Assembly: GCA_017654855.1 (NCBI GenBank) | Contig: CM030333.1 | Span: 930,001 to 994,000, forward strand | Direction: 5' to 3' | Source: Podospora anserina | Taxonomy: Eukaryota | Length of the DNA stretch: 64,000 nt | Shown: positions 1 through 12,029 of the stretch, piece by piece | How the letters are laid out: every line of letters starts with the position of its first letter | Numbering within the stretch: position 1 is the first letter of the stretch | Position numbers and translations under genes: made by a program | The notes under the pieces: generated by a model | Told to the model about the DNA's origin: nothing | The model's database searches: none | The model's input: the letters and a program-made list of their open reading frames with translations, nothing else

Positions 1-3000
1 CCCCGAGCCAGAATCTCACGTCGAGGTTGCAATACCATGCTGGATTTTTGGTTGCCTCATACGTACCACCGCCATCCATCCGTTACTTATCAGGTGTCAG
101 AGAGTCCTGAAGATGGCCGAGTCTAGCTCAATAGGGGAAAACCACCGGTGTTTGTTGCTGTCAGCTTTGAGCATCATGTGACAACCGAATGGGAGTCAAC
201 AAACATTTTGCAAGGTCAACCTCCTTTTGTTACACCCTGGAAACTCCTTTTATTTGGAATAAAGGCGGCTAACATGATCCCAGACAAATGAAAGCCTGTA
301 TATGATAAGGGCACAGCCAGAATCTCGGTCGTCTAGAGCCAACCCAGCACCCAACAAAGCAGATCTGATGGCCGGTCGATGGCCTGAGCAACATATTGCA
401 GGGTGTTATGATGAAATGGCATGAGTAAGCCACATTATACGGGAATACCCAACCGTGCTAGTATGGCCGGTCAGACCTAGTAGCTAGCCCCCGTGCTTAT
501 GCTGCAGGATGATATGTTTCTGGTTTAGGTCATGTTTCTTGTAGTCATTGCTCATCTGTAGACTGACCCTATTGTAAAACTTCTGCTACTAGTAGAGATT
601 GGTAAACCAAGGGTTTCATTCTAAAGTAAGTGTACATCGCAATAATTCTTCATCGGTGTCAATAAGCTAACAATTATTACATGGCAGGTAATAACAGTTT
701 GTCAACCGCAAAAAATATGAAACCCCACAACCTTGCATTTGACAGATTGACAACCCTTATTTTTATTTCAGGGGCACTTTGCTTTGATTATGTCCCCGGA
801 CGCTTTAGTCTCCTCGAGAGACGTTCAAGCTTTGCTGCGTTGATCTGATCAACGACATGGAACTTTCCCGCCTATACTGAGCTTGTTCTGTTCGCAACAT
901 CCAACAATAAACCTCCGAAAGCCGATTTCAAACCAACACACCAAGATACACGCCCAAGAGTAGTACCACCGGCATTCGACCACAGTGAGGGATGAAGATA
1001 TCTTTGATCGCATTGCGGTCGTCGATGTTGTTGGCTGGGTAGCCTATAATGTCGACGTGGTAGTTCTGTGCTCAAGGGCCGGGAAAGTACCAGTTCGTTT
1101 GAATGGCTGGTGCGGGTATCTATGCCGGCGTCCTCAATCAAACCAACGATCACCTCTGCTTGGATCGTTGTGCTCTAGAGACCGAGCCACTGATCCTCTA
1201 CGAGCTTGAGCTCTGATTCGAGGGGGCTGTTCCTGACGACGATAAGCTGCTGGTGGTGAAAGGTGACTCGTTGTTGGTGGAGTTGGGTTTGCTGTGAGAA
1301 AGATCTCGGCGAGTCTGTGTGAAGTCGGTGCCTCTTTTCCCATACCATTTCCCGGACGGGAGACGGCTGGTTGAACGAATAGGGGATGAGGCGAGCATGA
1401 CGAGGAACTCAATTCGGTGGCTTTGGCTCAGGGAGACGAGGGTGCTATAACCTTTGGGCGGGTTCAAACCCCCCCTTTAATAGGTGAGGGGGGATGCCCT
1501 CAGCCTCCATGTTTTGGCCCCCGACATGATGTGTGATCGACTCGCCGAGCTGGGTGGTTGAACTGGTTGCTGAATCAGCCTCTTACGATCTCCTCACTGG
1601 CATTCGACCACCCACGTCCTCCAAATGCTCGACGTTCAGCGGCAGTCCACCCAAACGACCATTTGTGCAACCCATGAATATGCGGCTAGATGGACAGAAT
1701 CAGGATAGTCATGGCCTAGGGCTGGACTGTAGGATAGGAGATGGTCTCGGCATCAGCGGTATGTGGGGGTTGGCGCAAGTCGACTGGGTGTTGGATGACG
1801 ATGGCGTCGCTTTGGGCTTGCTGCGTGTCAGCATCTAGGCCGTCCCAGCAGACAAGTGCTGATCAGCGAACGGCGGCCCTGTGATATGATATACGGCAGC
1901 GGCAGGTCAAAAAGGCGGAGGGACTGTGCAGAAAGAGCACATTGCATTTGTCACGGATACTACAGGTCACCTCTCACGTGAGTTTGACGGATGGTGGTGG
2001 TGGTGGTGGTGATGGTTAGCCGTGGCTTGCCCCGACTGAGCTGAGCACCAGGATCAATACCAGGTCGATCGCCGTCCAGGGGTTCTCCGCATTCCGGGAG
2101 ACGGTCACGCTAACAAACGCCCCCGAACACCGGGGCGGACTTGCTCCGTTCAACGGTCTGGATAAGGGGAGTTTTTTCAGCTCGCCCGGTACCGAAGAAA
2201 TAGTGAAGTGGCGGGCCCCCAGGCTCGACCGTTGCGATCTCAACGTCGATGGTGTTGGTTCCGAGAAAAGAAAGCCCCGATTTAGCAGAGAGCCTACCCC
2301 GACTTTTTTTTTTGGTGGCTTGCGGCTGGATAAAAACGGCAGCCGGCACAACGGTTTTTCTTCTCGGTTGCGAGTGCAACAACGTTGTTTCTTGGGGTGC
2401 TTTTCCCCTCTCGAGTGTTCCCCCCATTTACCCTAATATCCAGGGTACTTTTTCGCAACCGACCTTTTTAATATGGAGAGCGAATCCCTTTGGACGGTTG
2501 TTATCTTGGATCAATTGGAACAGGCCCGGACTTGCTATAGTGAGAAGTAGGAGGTACTATATGAAAAATGTCTTGGATCAGTGTTTTTTTCTGGGCTGGC
2601 TGGCTGAGGTGGAGATTAATTAGGCAGGTTGATTGATGGGACGCATTCCAGGTGTTCTTTTTTGTCCTTCTTTTTCTAGTTTGTTAAGTTGATGCTTTTT
2701 TCTCCTCTTTTGACATTTTTTGGGAAGTGGGTGTTGAGAAAACGACGATATCGCGACAGCGTTTGCGAAGCGCAACGAGCAGTGAATTCTTGGCGCAACA
2801 AAAGCGACGCTCACCGGCAGACGCACACGTGTTACAACAGGGAAATACTCAGAGGGAAAAGGGCGACAGGCTTGAAAGAAGCGCTGAATTAAGACGGGTC
2901 GGACAAAAGTCGGGAGGGAACGCGGTGGGACGTCAAAGTCGACACGTATAAGCGAGACTGGACGACATCACACCGCTCAGGAGTCGTTTGGGAGCATTCA

Positions 3001-3072
3001 TCTCGCGGTTTCCAGCGAATCAACAACAGAAGTTGGAAGTTGGGGGCCGATTGGGACAAGAGGGACTTCAGC

Positions 3073-4129
3073 ATGGCACTCGACGACAAAATGTCGCCAT
3101 CAATAACAACAACACCGATGGGATCGTTACCTACCCTCCGACGCAAACTGACCAGACTAGTCCTCACTCGTGGCATATTCATCACCACAGTCGTCTACGT
3201 CTTTCTACTATCACTAATAGTAGGGGTACAAGCCGCCCTGCCGGCAGAGTTTACAAACTCGTTTGATGGGCTGGGAGAAGGGGGCAGCATTGGGTTGACG
3301 TGGGAAGGGGTGAAGCCAGAGTACTTTCCCTTGAGCATCACCGCGCAGGTGATTGATAAGGGAGAGGATTGGAGCGGGAGTAAAGTTACCGTTTACAAGG
3401 TTAATATCACTGGTGAGTCAGACGCCCTTCTTTGCAGTCGTGATGGATGATGGCTGGGAGAGAAGAGAAGGACGATATGATATTATGATCAAGACAGAGA
3501 AGGACTGTGTCGAAAAATGAGGGGGCTTCTTCGTGGCTGTTGTTCTCAAGACGGAATGATATATGGATGGTTTTGGTTTTTAGCGATATATTGCGGTTGT
3601 GCATGATCGTGTTTGGCTTGACCGAGTGCTGATATCTCATCTTCACAACTCCAGCCGCAGCAACAGGCAGCTCATACGTCTGGACTAACATGCCCCGCCC
3701 CCTCCGATGGATCAAGTCAGGGCTGTACCAGCTCGAACTCAAGCCATCAGCCTGGACAGATGATGGTGAAGCGCCCGTGTTGGCGAGGTCACCGTTTTTC
3801 AGTGTGGGGGATTACGTCCCGCCTGCTCCGAGTCCAAGTGAGAGTTCATCTCCTGTAAGTTTTATTTGACCTACCTACCTTACCTTGGTACCAATGGATA
3901 GTGAGTGAGGCTGACATGACATGTGGGAAAGGAACCCTCGAAAGGGGATAAAGAGTCGTCGTCTGGCGGGGGCGGCGTGAGTAAGCCGGTTGCTATTGGG
4001 GTGGGAGTCGCGATTGGTGTGCCGAGCTTGGTTGGGTTGGTGGTTATTGGCTGGTTTTTTAGACGGAGGTATAAGAGGGCGCGGGCGGAGAAGAGGAGGT
4101 TGAAAAGGAGCGAGTTTGTTATTTACTGA
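3073..4129 (+). CDS. Uncharacterised single-pass membrane protein (N-terminal hydrophobic segment, small extracellular beta-rich domain, Ser/Pro linker, TM helix, basic tail)
   Basis: Exons 3073-3412, 3655-3854 and 3932-4129 join in frame through GTGAGT..CAG and GTAAGT..GCTGAC..AAG introns. Hydrophobic stretch GIFITTVVYVFLLSLIVGVQA; TM AIGVGVAIGVPSLVGLVVIGWFF followed by RRRYKR. The start could be a later Met. Confidence 0.8.
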
Positions 4130-6249
4130 GATACCCGTTGAATGTGAAGAGGTGTGAGTTTACTCCTGAGGGGCCGAGAATCGTGGACCCGGGGGCAGGC
4201 GGCATGTTGAGAGGATGATTGGTTCGGTGGGTTCGGATGTTGGATGTGTTGTTGGGTGATGCGGAGTGGTATGTACCTGGTGAGAAAGGGAGACGGGAAT
4301 AAGGGGGACCCTTCCGACGGGAGGTGAAGCTGACGGGAAAGCTTATTTGGTGGTGCTGTGGGTGTTGTGCCGCAATTCAGGGACGACTGTGAAGGGGGGG
4401 TGACGTTGTGGGTTGTATTATGCGGGATATGGGATGAAGGTGTTTGGGTGATCGATTCAGGGCTGATTCTTCGAGATGGAAAACACGGTCAGGTATTGTG
4501 GTCTTGCTGTTGAACCAAGGTTGACAGGCTGGATATTCCCATTTAAGGGGGCTCTTGATGAGAGAGGAAATTCAGTGTGTTCCAAAGCATCGAACGGCAT
4601 CTCGGCACGATTGATGATGATGGCAGCAGGTGGGTGAGATGTGTAATTCAAACCGCGCGCCTGCAATGAACTTGTGCAAGCCAGTGTAAGGAAGGCGCGA
4701 GCGTATCTGTGGTGCCTTGCATAGCGCATTTTGTGGTGGTGGTGGTGTGCTTATTCAAGATGAGTTCGGAAAGAGCGGAAACTATTTTGACTGCGCCCAC
4801 TTTTTGACATTTGTTCCACTTCTTGATTTTTGGCATTTTGTGATAGCAGTGATTTTCGATCATTATCTGGAGTGGAAAGGGGATCATCGATTTGGTTACT
4901 CGATTTCAGAGCTTGCTTCCCCAGTGACTGGTTCAAGGGTTCAAAAAGATCGACACAGTTCTACAGAATCTAGAACTTCAACCCGGTCGGTTGGGATTTT
5001 GATTAAGCTCATGTTTTGAACAACGTCTCTCCTGGGAGGAGCGATCAATCTCCAAAAGTGGGTTGCGGATTGCCGCTATCGACAACGTCAAAAGTTCTGG
5101 ACTTTGGGTTTAAGATGGCGGCGGAAATTTTTTTCATCTGGTCTGAAATGGATGGTGGTTGATGACAGGTGCTTGGCTGCTCATGCGTGCTGTACCGAAC
5201 CATCAACAAGACGAGGCCCTGGCTCTCTGGCACAGCCAACAAAAAATTCACAACTCATCACGTCGGCCAGTCGTGGAATTTGTTTCCTTTTGCTAGCTAC
5301 CCCTGAAGGAGGAGGGGGGGCCCGCCGCGCGCAGACGCTGGCGATGTTCCTGCATTCTTGGCCCCTCTTGGGGACCCCACTGTTTGTTTCCAAGAATGGA
5401 ACCTCCGCAAGGGCCTCGAGGGTCCCCCCTGGGCTTACCGCTCCACTCAAGGTCTTTTCCCCGGTAACACTCGAGCGCTTTTCGAGACACGAATGACACC
5501 CTCCCGTCGAGCACAGGTCATGGGGTGATTATTAGGGGTTCACGATACGAGGGCCGAGCCATTGGGAGTCGAAGTGCGTAATGGCACACAAGAAGAAACT
5601 GCTTGTTGGTAGACGATGGGTGGTGGTGGTGGTGGTGGTGGTTCAATCAACAGGCGAAGTAAAGCAAACAAAGGGTCAAAGTGCAGAAGGCATGTCGCTT
5701 ACACTGTTAGGTTGGCCAATGAGAAGAGGAGGAACTTGTCCCCTATCCAAATTGACCATCGCAACTCCACGGCGTCGAGACAGAGATGGAGCCGCCGGCC
5801 GTGTTGGCGAGACCGCAACGTCCCGCAGGGGATCCCTTCTCAACAGGTCCCAAAGGGGAATAAACATCTCTTGGTCAGCGCTGCCGAAACGACGGGCGGG
5901 CCCGGTGACAACACTGCCCAGGCTCCCGGTGATGGAGGTGATGGGGGTAGGTGTGCATGATGATGGAGTCCGATCCCATGCCTTGCCTGCTGAGCCTCGC
6001 AGTCTCCGTGCCTCCCCGGCACACGGGGCGGCCAGCCTTTCGCCCCTATAAGCCGTGTGATGCCACCACGAGCACCCTTTACGTCCCTTTCCTGTGCTTG
6101 ATGCTTCTCTCCAGCCAAGCTATCCAAGCTGCCTCTTAGCAACACCAGAGCATTCTTGCTCGTCCTCTGACGTATCGCACGTCCAACATTCGTTACTAGT
6201 ATCATCATACCACCGACATTCTTTATTTGCTTCACAGAGGAGAAATACC

Positions 6250-8685
6250 ATGGCTCCATCATTCTCTAAGCTGGGCGCTTTTGCCCTGGCTCTTGCCTCT
6301 GGCGTCACTGCCACCCAGAAGTACGTCCTCTCCGAGGAGTACACACCATCCAACCTTTTCGAGAACTTCGAGTTCATGGAGTTCAAGGGGAACGACGAAG
6401 ACCCCAACAGGGGACATGTACGGTATCAAAGCCAGGCCGACGCCCTCCAGCTTGGTCTCATCGATCCCGTCAACACCGACGACGTCTTCATCGGTGTCGA
6501 CTACACCAAGTGGGCCGAACATGGCCGTGAGAGTGTCAGAATCGAGAGTTTGAACTCGTACAGCAAGGGTCTCTTCATCGCCGAGTTTACTCACTTGCCC
6601 AAGGCCGTTTGCGGTGCCTGGCCAGCTTTCTGGCTGACTGGTGAGCAGTGGCCCACGCATGGCGAGATTGATATCTATGAGGGATGGAACTTGAACCCGC
6701 AGAACAAGGTCGTTGGCCATACCGAGGTGAAGACCGCTGGTGTGTGCAAGATTGACACTGATGTCAGCTCTGGCTTCGTCCATTACCCTGACTGCGATGT
6801 CGTGGCCGAGGGCCAGCCCACCAACGCTGGTTGCGCACTTGATGAGGGTAACAATCTCTTTGGTAACCCCAACGGTGGTATCTGTAAGTGCTCCACATCC
6901 CCAGGCTCTTGACACCAGAGGCAACATGCTAATCACTGATGTTCCTCAGGGGCCACCGAGTGGACTGAGACCACCTTCAAGGTCTGGAGCTGGGCTCGCG
7001 GCGCCGAGCCCCGGGATGTCGCCAGTGGATCGCCCGATCCTCTGAGTTGGGGGCCCCCTAGCTTCGCTCTTACTCCCAAGAGCTGCGATGTCAGAAGTGC
7101 CTTCAAGGATATGCGCATGGTCCTCAACATCAACTTCTGCGGTGATGCTGCTGGTAACACCTGGAACATTGGTGGCAGGGACTCTTGCGCTGCCAAGACT
7201 GGCTATGCCGAGTGCTACGAGTACGTCAGGGATCACGGCGCTGACTTTGAAGACGTTTTCTGGAAGGTCAAGGGCATCAGCGTCTACCAGCTTGAGGATG
7301 CCGCTACCTCTACCAGCACCACTGTTTCCAGCACCACCAGCACCACCCAGACTGTGACCTCTGCTGAGCCTACCGTGACCGAGACTGCCTCTGAGACTGT
7401 ATCCGAGGAGCCTACTTCCACCATCACCTCCGACTCTGAGGAGCCCACCGCTACCGAGACGGCTACTGAGACTGCCACCGAGTCTGCCGCCGAGTCTGCT
7501 ACCGAGACTGCCTCCGAGACTGTTACTGAGACCACCTCCGAGTCTGCCACCGAGACTGTGGAGGTTACCACTACCAGCGAGACCGCCACCACCACTGACG
7601 GCCCTGAGCCAACCCTGACCACCGAGGCCCCCGAGACCACCACCACCGCCAGCCCCGGTGATGAGGATGAGGATGACGTCTGCTCGGATGACGAGGAGGA
7701 GACCACCACCACCGATATTGCTACTGCTACTGAGACCGAGACCGCTGAGCCTACTGGCGAGCCCACCGAGACTGCTGAGCCTTCCGCTGAGCCCACTGAT
7801 GCTGAGACCACTGGCGTTGACCCTACCGAGACTGCCGTCCCCACCGAGACCGGTTCCGACGAGGTCACCACCACTGCCCAGGAGTTCACCACCTCGACCA
7901 TCTTCGCCACCGAAACCTTCACTGTTACCTCGTGCGCTCCCAGCGTCACCTCTTGCCCCGGTCGCGTCGTGACCTCCGTTATCGCCATCGGCACCACCGT
8001 CTGCCCCGTCACTCCCACCGTCACCGCCACCCCTGAGCCTACCGAGACCGCCACTCTCCCTGACGGCTGGACCACCTCCACCGTCTACGCCACCGAAGTC
8101 ATCACCGTCTCTTCCTGCCCTCCCACCGTTGTCGACTGCCCCAGCCGCGTCGTGACTTCCATCGTTGCCGTTGGCACCACCGTCTGCCCTATTGGTAGCG
8201 CCACCGTTCCGGGCGAGAGTGTTCCCACCGACGTCCCTACCGTCGGCGTGCCTGGCGAGGGTGTCCCCACTGACGGCATCCCCGTCGAGGGTGTCCCTAC
8301 TGATGTCCCTACCGGCGGTGTTCCCACCGGTGGCATCCCCAACATCGACACCACCCTCACCACCCTCCTCACCTCGACCGGCACCAGGACCGTCACCCTC
8401 ACCGGCGGTGTCGAGCAGTCCACCAGCGTTCCCCCCGTTGTCGTCCCCGTCCCCACCGGCGGTGCCCCCATCAACAGCGGAAACAACGGCACTTTTGTGC
8501 CCCAGCCCCCCACCAAGCCTGCGTATACCTACTCTCCTGAGGTTACGCTCCCCTTGGTGCCCATCAACGAGCAGATTCCCGCTCCTGGGCCTACCAAGCT
8601 CCCGATTGTTGAGGTGAACGGTGCGGGCAGGATGGTTGTTGGTGGGTTGATGGGTGTGGTTGCTGCTTTGGCGCTTGTGCTTTAA
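6250..8685 (+). CDS. GH16 endo-1,3(4)-beta-glucanase-like cell-wall protein with Thr/Glu-rich stalk and probable GPI anchor
   Basis: Signal peptide [23 protein letters not shown]16 motifs CGAWPAFW and catalytic GEIDIYEG; one intron 6884-6949 (GTAAGT..CTAAT..CAG); NINFCGD motif; long T/E/P-rich region; hydrophobic C-terminus [22 protein letters not shown]. Confidence 0.92.
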
Positions 8686-9658
8686 ATTTGTTTTCTGATT
8701 TATTTTTTCATTGGATGAGTGGAGGAGATAGAGGAGCAAGTTTTAGAAATAATATAATTTCTTGGATAAGAATTTTTGGTTTTATTGTTTTTTTTGCATA
8801 TGCATGTGTTAGCGTAGCGAGTTGTCTGTCTGTCTGAGTGTGTCTCTTTTGTATGTAAAGAAGTAAATTGAAGAAGGAAGATGGTAAAGAGGTTGAGCTT
8901 TGGAGATGATCCTGATCCTGGTGTTGATGGGTGTTTTTTTGTTGGCGTTTTGTGGGTCGGTTTATGCCTCTTTACTTACCTCCAGGTCCTTTATCCTCGT
9001 TGTTATACACCACAGCTACTACTTTTCAACTCGGAAGTTCTCACCCAGCTTGACATGTTGGCCCCCCAGACTCCTGATAGGACTTGTCCTAGACAGTGGT
9101 ATCAATCGTGCAAGACTCTCAGAGTCCGACTCTTTGAAGGGGTATGTCATCCACCTGTCTCTGTTCTGTCCAAGCTAAGACACGCTGTTTACACAACCCT
9201 TTGTGCTCCATACATCTGAAACATACTCTTTGGCGTAGCACTCTTTCTCATCACCTACCTCCTCTCTCCTATTTACCTTCCCGACCTGTAACCTGGCTTA
9301 CTTTAGTTTGGACTTCTTGACAAGTTACCAAGGCCCTCATTTCCTCTAAATGCGTCTTGCGAGGCTAGTTTAAGCTGTTATATAGGATGGTGATTATTTG
9401 TACATGCATCTTAATCAGCACACACTCTTGTTTGCGCATGGGCATGGATAAAGCCACCGTCATTTACCAAGTAGGATGACAATAGGACGTGTATATAAAA
9501 GCAGCACAATGTCTTCTATCTACTCTTGCAAAAACAAAATATACACACGGCTCAGAAGCAAACAGCCACCCTCATCCGGCCAGCGCTCACCCACCTTGAA
9601 CAAAAAAAAAAGCAAACGTATATCATGACTATGTATGACCCCCCTCACCTCATCCCAT

Positions 9659-12029
9659 CTAAAACCCCCCCAGCAGTTTCTCAACCCCCCTACCCAGCCC
9701 TTTAAACCCCTCCCCCCTCGCCTCCCTCTCTCCAATCTCAATCACCTTGCCCACCAAATCCTTGTTCACCTCCTCACTAACCACACTATCCCTCCTGTAC
9801 CCCTCGTGCCCCTTGACAAACTCCCTAATCCACCTCGCCGCCGTCCACAACTCCCCATTCGCCCTCTTCCTGATCAAGTCCAAATACCTCGCCAACTGAC
9901 ACCTGGTCGCCACGTCCACATTGACCGAGTCCAGATAACTCTCCACAAGCGGGATCAAACCCGGAAACTCCCCCTCCTCGTCGCCATTGATGACCTCGTT
10001 GACAGTCATGAGCTTGTACTCATCCTCCACCGGACCAACAGGCGACGGAGGGCGCGAGTTGGCCCTGCTGCCACCGCCACCAGAGCGGGGGGTGTTGGTG
10101 CCTGAGCCTGAGCCCCTCGACGGCCGGGAGGAGAAGAGGTTACGCCTAAACCAAAACTTCTCCTGAAGGACAGCATCCCGCTTGTGGGCGGTCTCCATGT
10201 TTTCGTCGACTTTGGTGATGGGGATGTAGAAATTGAGGTCAAACGACAAAATCACCCTCGTGATGAGGACCATAAAGACCGAAAAGGCCGCGTTTTCGAA
10301 ATCGGTAATTTGAATCTCCATTGGGCGGAACTCTACCCTCCATCCGATGTTGTTGTCCGCTGGGGGAGGCTTGAAGCGCATGTGCTGCCAGTTGGTGCTT
10401 TGGATGTTCTCAAAGTGGTCCGTCTTGGAGAGGTCGAGGACTTCCAGGTCTTCGTTGAAGATGACGATGGGGTCGCGGATGAAGAGGTGAGCGAAGTGGG
10501 TGGCGAGGCGGTCGTCCATGCCGCCGTCGAGGAGCTGCTGCTTGATTTCGGGGTCGATGACTAGGTTGGGGTCGAGGTATTCTTCCCTCAGCCTGGGGTC
10601 TTCGGAGATGTAGGTCGAGTTGGAGGCATATCTCGACTTGGGAATACGCCAGCGGTCGTTTTGTAGAGGCTTCTCGCCTAATTCTTCGGCAGTGCGATCA
10701 TCAACAGCTTTGCTGATCTGATTCCACCTCACATCGGTATCGGCGAGGAAACCCTTGTAGATTGGTGTGGCAGCCGTCAGCGCCAGGAGGATGGGGCCGA
10801 GGGGTGAGAGCTGGTCGTACATCTTTCTACCCTCGGTGATGTTCTTTGCTTGGAAGGTGATCTGAAGACAGCAAGAGCCCATGCCGAACGCCATGGCATC
10901 CATGTGAATAAAGTTGTCTGGCGCGGCGCCATTCCGGACGTCGTCGTCTTCGGGCCAGTTGTGAAGGTCGTAGTTGACAGTTGGGTCCTTCCACGGCCAT
11001 GGCGTGTTCTCATCTCTGAACACAGGTACGTTGACCTGTACTTTGCGGCCACGCCGGGATCGAATGTTGGCAGCGAGCGTTGGGAAACGAATGTGAGGAT
11101 TGGCGATTTCATCGGGGACAAATTGTGACCTCAGTTTGGGTCCCGAGACTGGATAATGGGGTTCAGTGAAAACGCCAGGGCTACCTATCCTGGGGAAGGT
11201 TGTCAAGGTGATTGGGTACTCATTAGGCAACATGTGATCCTTTGCAATGGCTCGCCTGCGTCGTGTTAGAAGAAGGATTCTTACTCGAGCTGACTGGTGT
11301 ACATACCTCAACTTCATATCAGGCTCAACATGCAAGAGCTCCTTGAAGTCGATGCCCCATGGCTTACCAGGGGTCGCTTCGAGCATAAATCTGCCGAATT
11401 CGGGATGGAAGACTGGGGATGGATACTTGTCCCTATGACGGTTAGTACGGACGGTCTCCTCAACAAATCAAGCTTCTCTTACTTTGGTTTCGTCCCACCG
11501 GGGGAGGCAGGGGGCGTAACCTCCTTGGCCAGATCTTTGTCTCCAGCCAGAGCAGCGAGGATATCAGCCTGCCTCAAAGAGAGCAAAACCTTGGGGTCAT
11601 CTTTGGAATATGTCACGACAAGGTACTCGACCTAGAAGTGTCTCAGCACCAGTCTACGAATCAGCACTCGAAGATAAACATACCTCGTCACCCCAAAGCA
11701 TGGCATCTCTCTCCTTGACCTTGGCCTTATTCCATATCTCCAGCAATTGCTACAGGACAAAAGCAAGTGTTAGCTCGTCGCTGACCACCAAGGCCCCGGC
11801 TCTTCCCGAGATTTCCATGCAATTACAAGTGCCCTCACTCACCTTGATGCCCCAGGCCCTGACATGATGAGCCTTCGTCTTCGCCTCTGGCCAATCCAAG
11901 GCCGTTCCCAGCGCCCTTTGCAGAATATCAGCATGACGCCATACATAGACGAGAGCGAAGCGGTGTGGTGAGATGTGTATGTGTGGTGCGGGCAGGATAT
12001 AAAACGGGCTATACGCACAAGAGACCCAT
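9659..12029 (-). CDS. GSH1: Glutamate-cysteine ligase catalytic subunit (gamma-glutamylcysteine synthetase)
   Basis: Exons 12029-12019, 11915-11843, 11749-11684, 11631-11483, 11432-11307 and 11255-9659 give MGLLALGTALDW..LWGDEVEY..FHPEFGRFMLEATPGKP..MDAMAFGMGSCCLQITFQ..HFENIQSTNWQHMRFKPPP..GWRVEFRPME, all hallmark eukaryotic GCLC/Gsh1 motifs. Confidence 0.96.

Noticed and set aside
1..870. Somewhat AT-rich, TpA-containing stretch as a RIP-degraded transposon
   Set aside because: No terminal repeats, second copy or transposase/RT motifs visible, and the composition shift is mild.
872..2950. Short ORFs on both strands as genes
   Set aside because: No codon bias or motifs, and I could not assemble a consistent splice model; a trial - strand frame hits a stop near 1446.
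6946..8739. 597-aa Gly-rich minus-strand ORF
   Set aside because: Antisense shadow of the C-ending-codon, Thr/Pro-rich GH16 gene.
8881..9219. Short ORFs with hydrophobic N-termini between GH16 and GSH1
   Set aside because: The hydrophobicity comes from GT-rich 3'UTR-type sequence; no other support.
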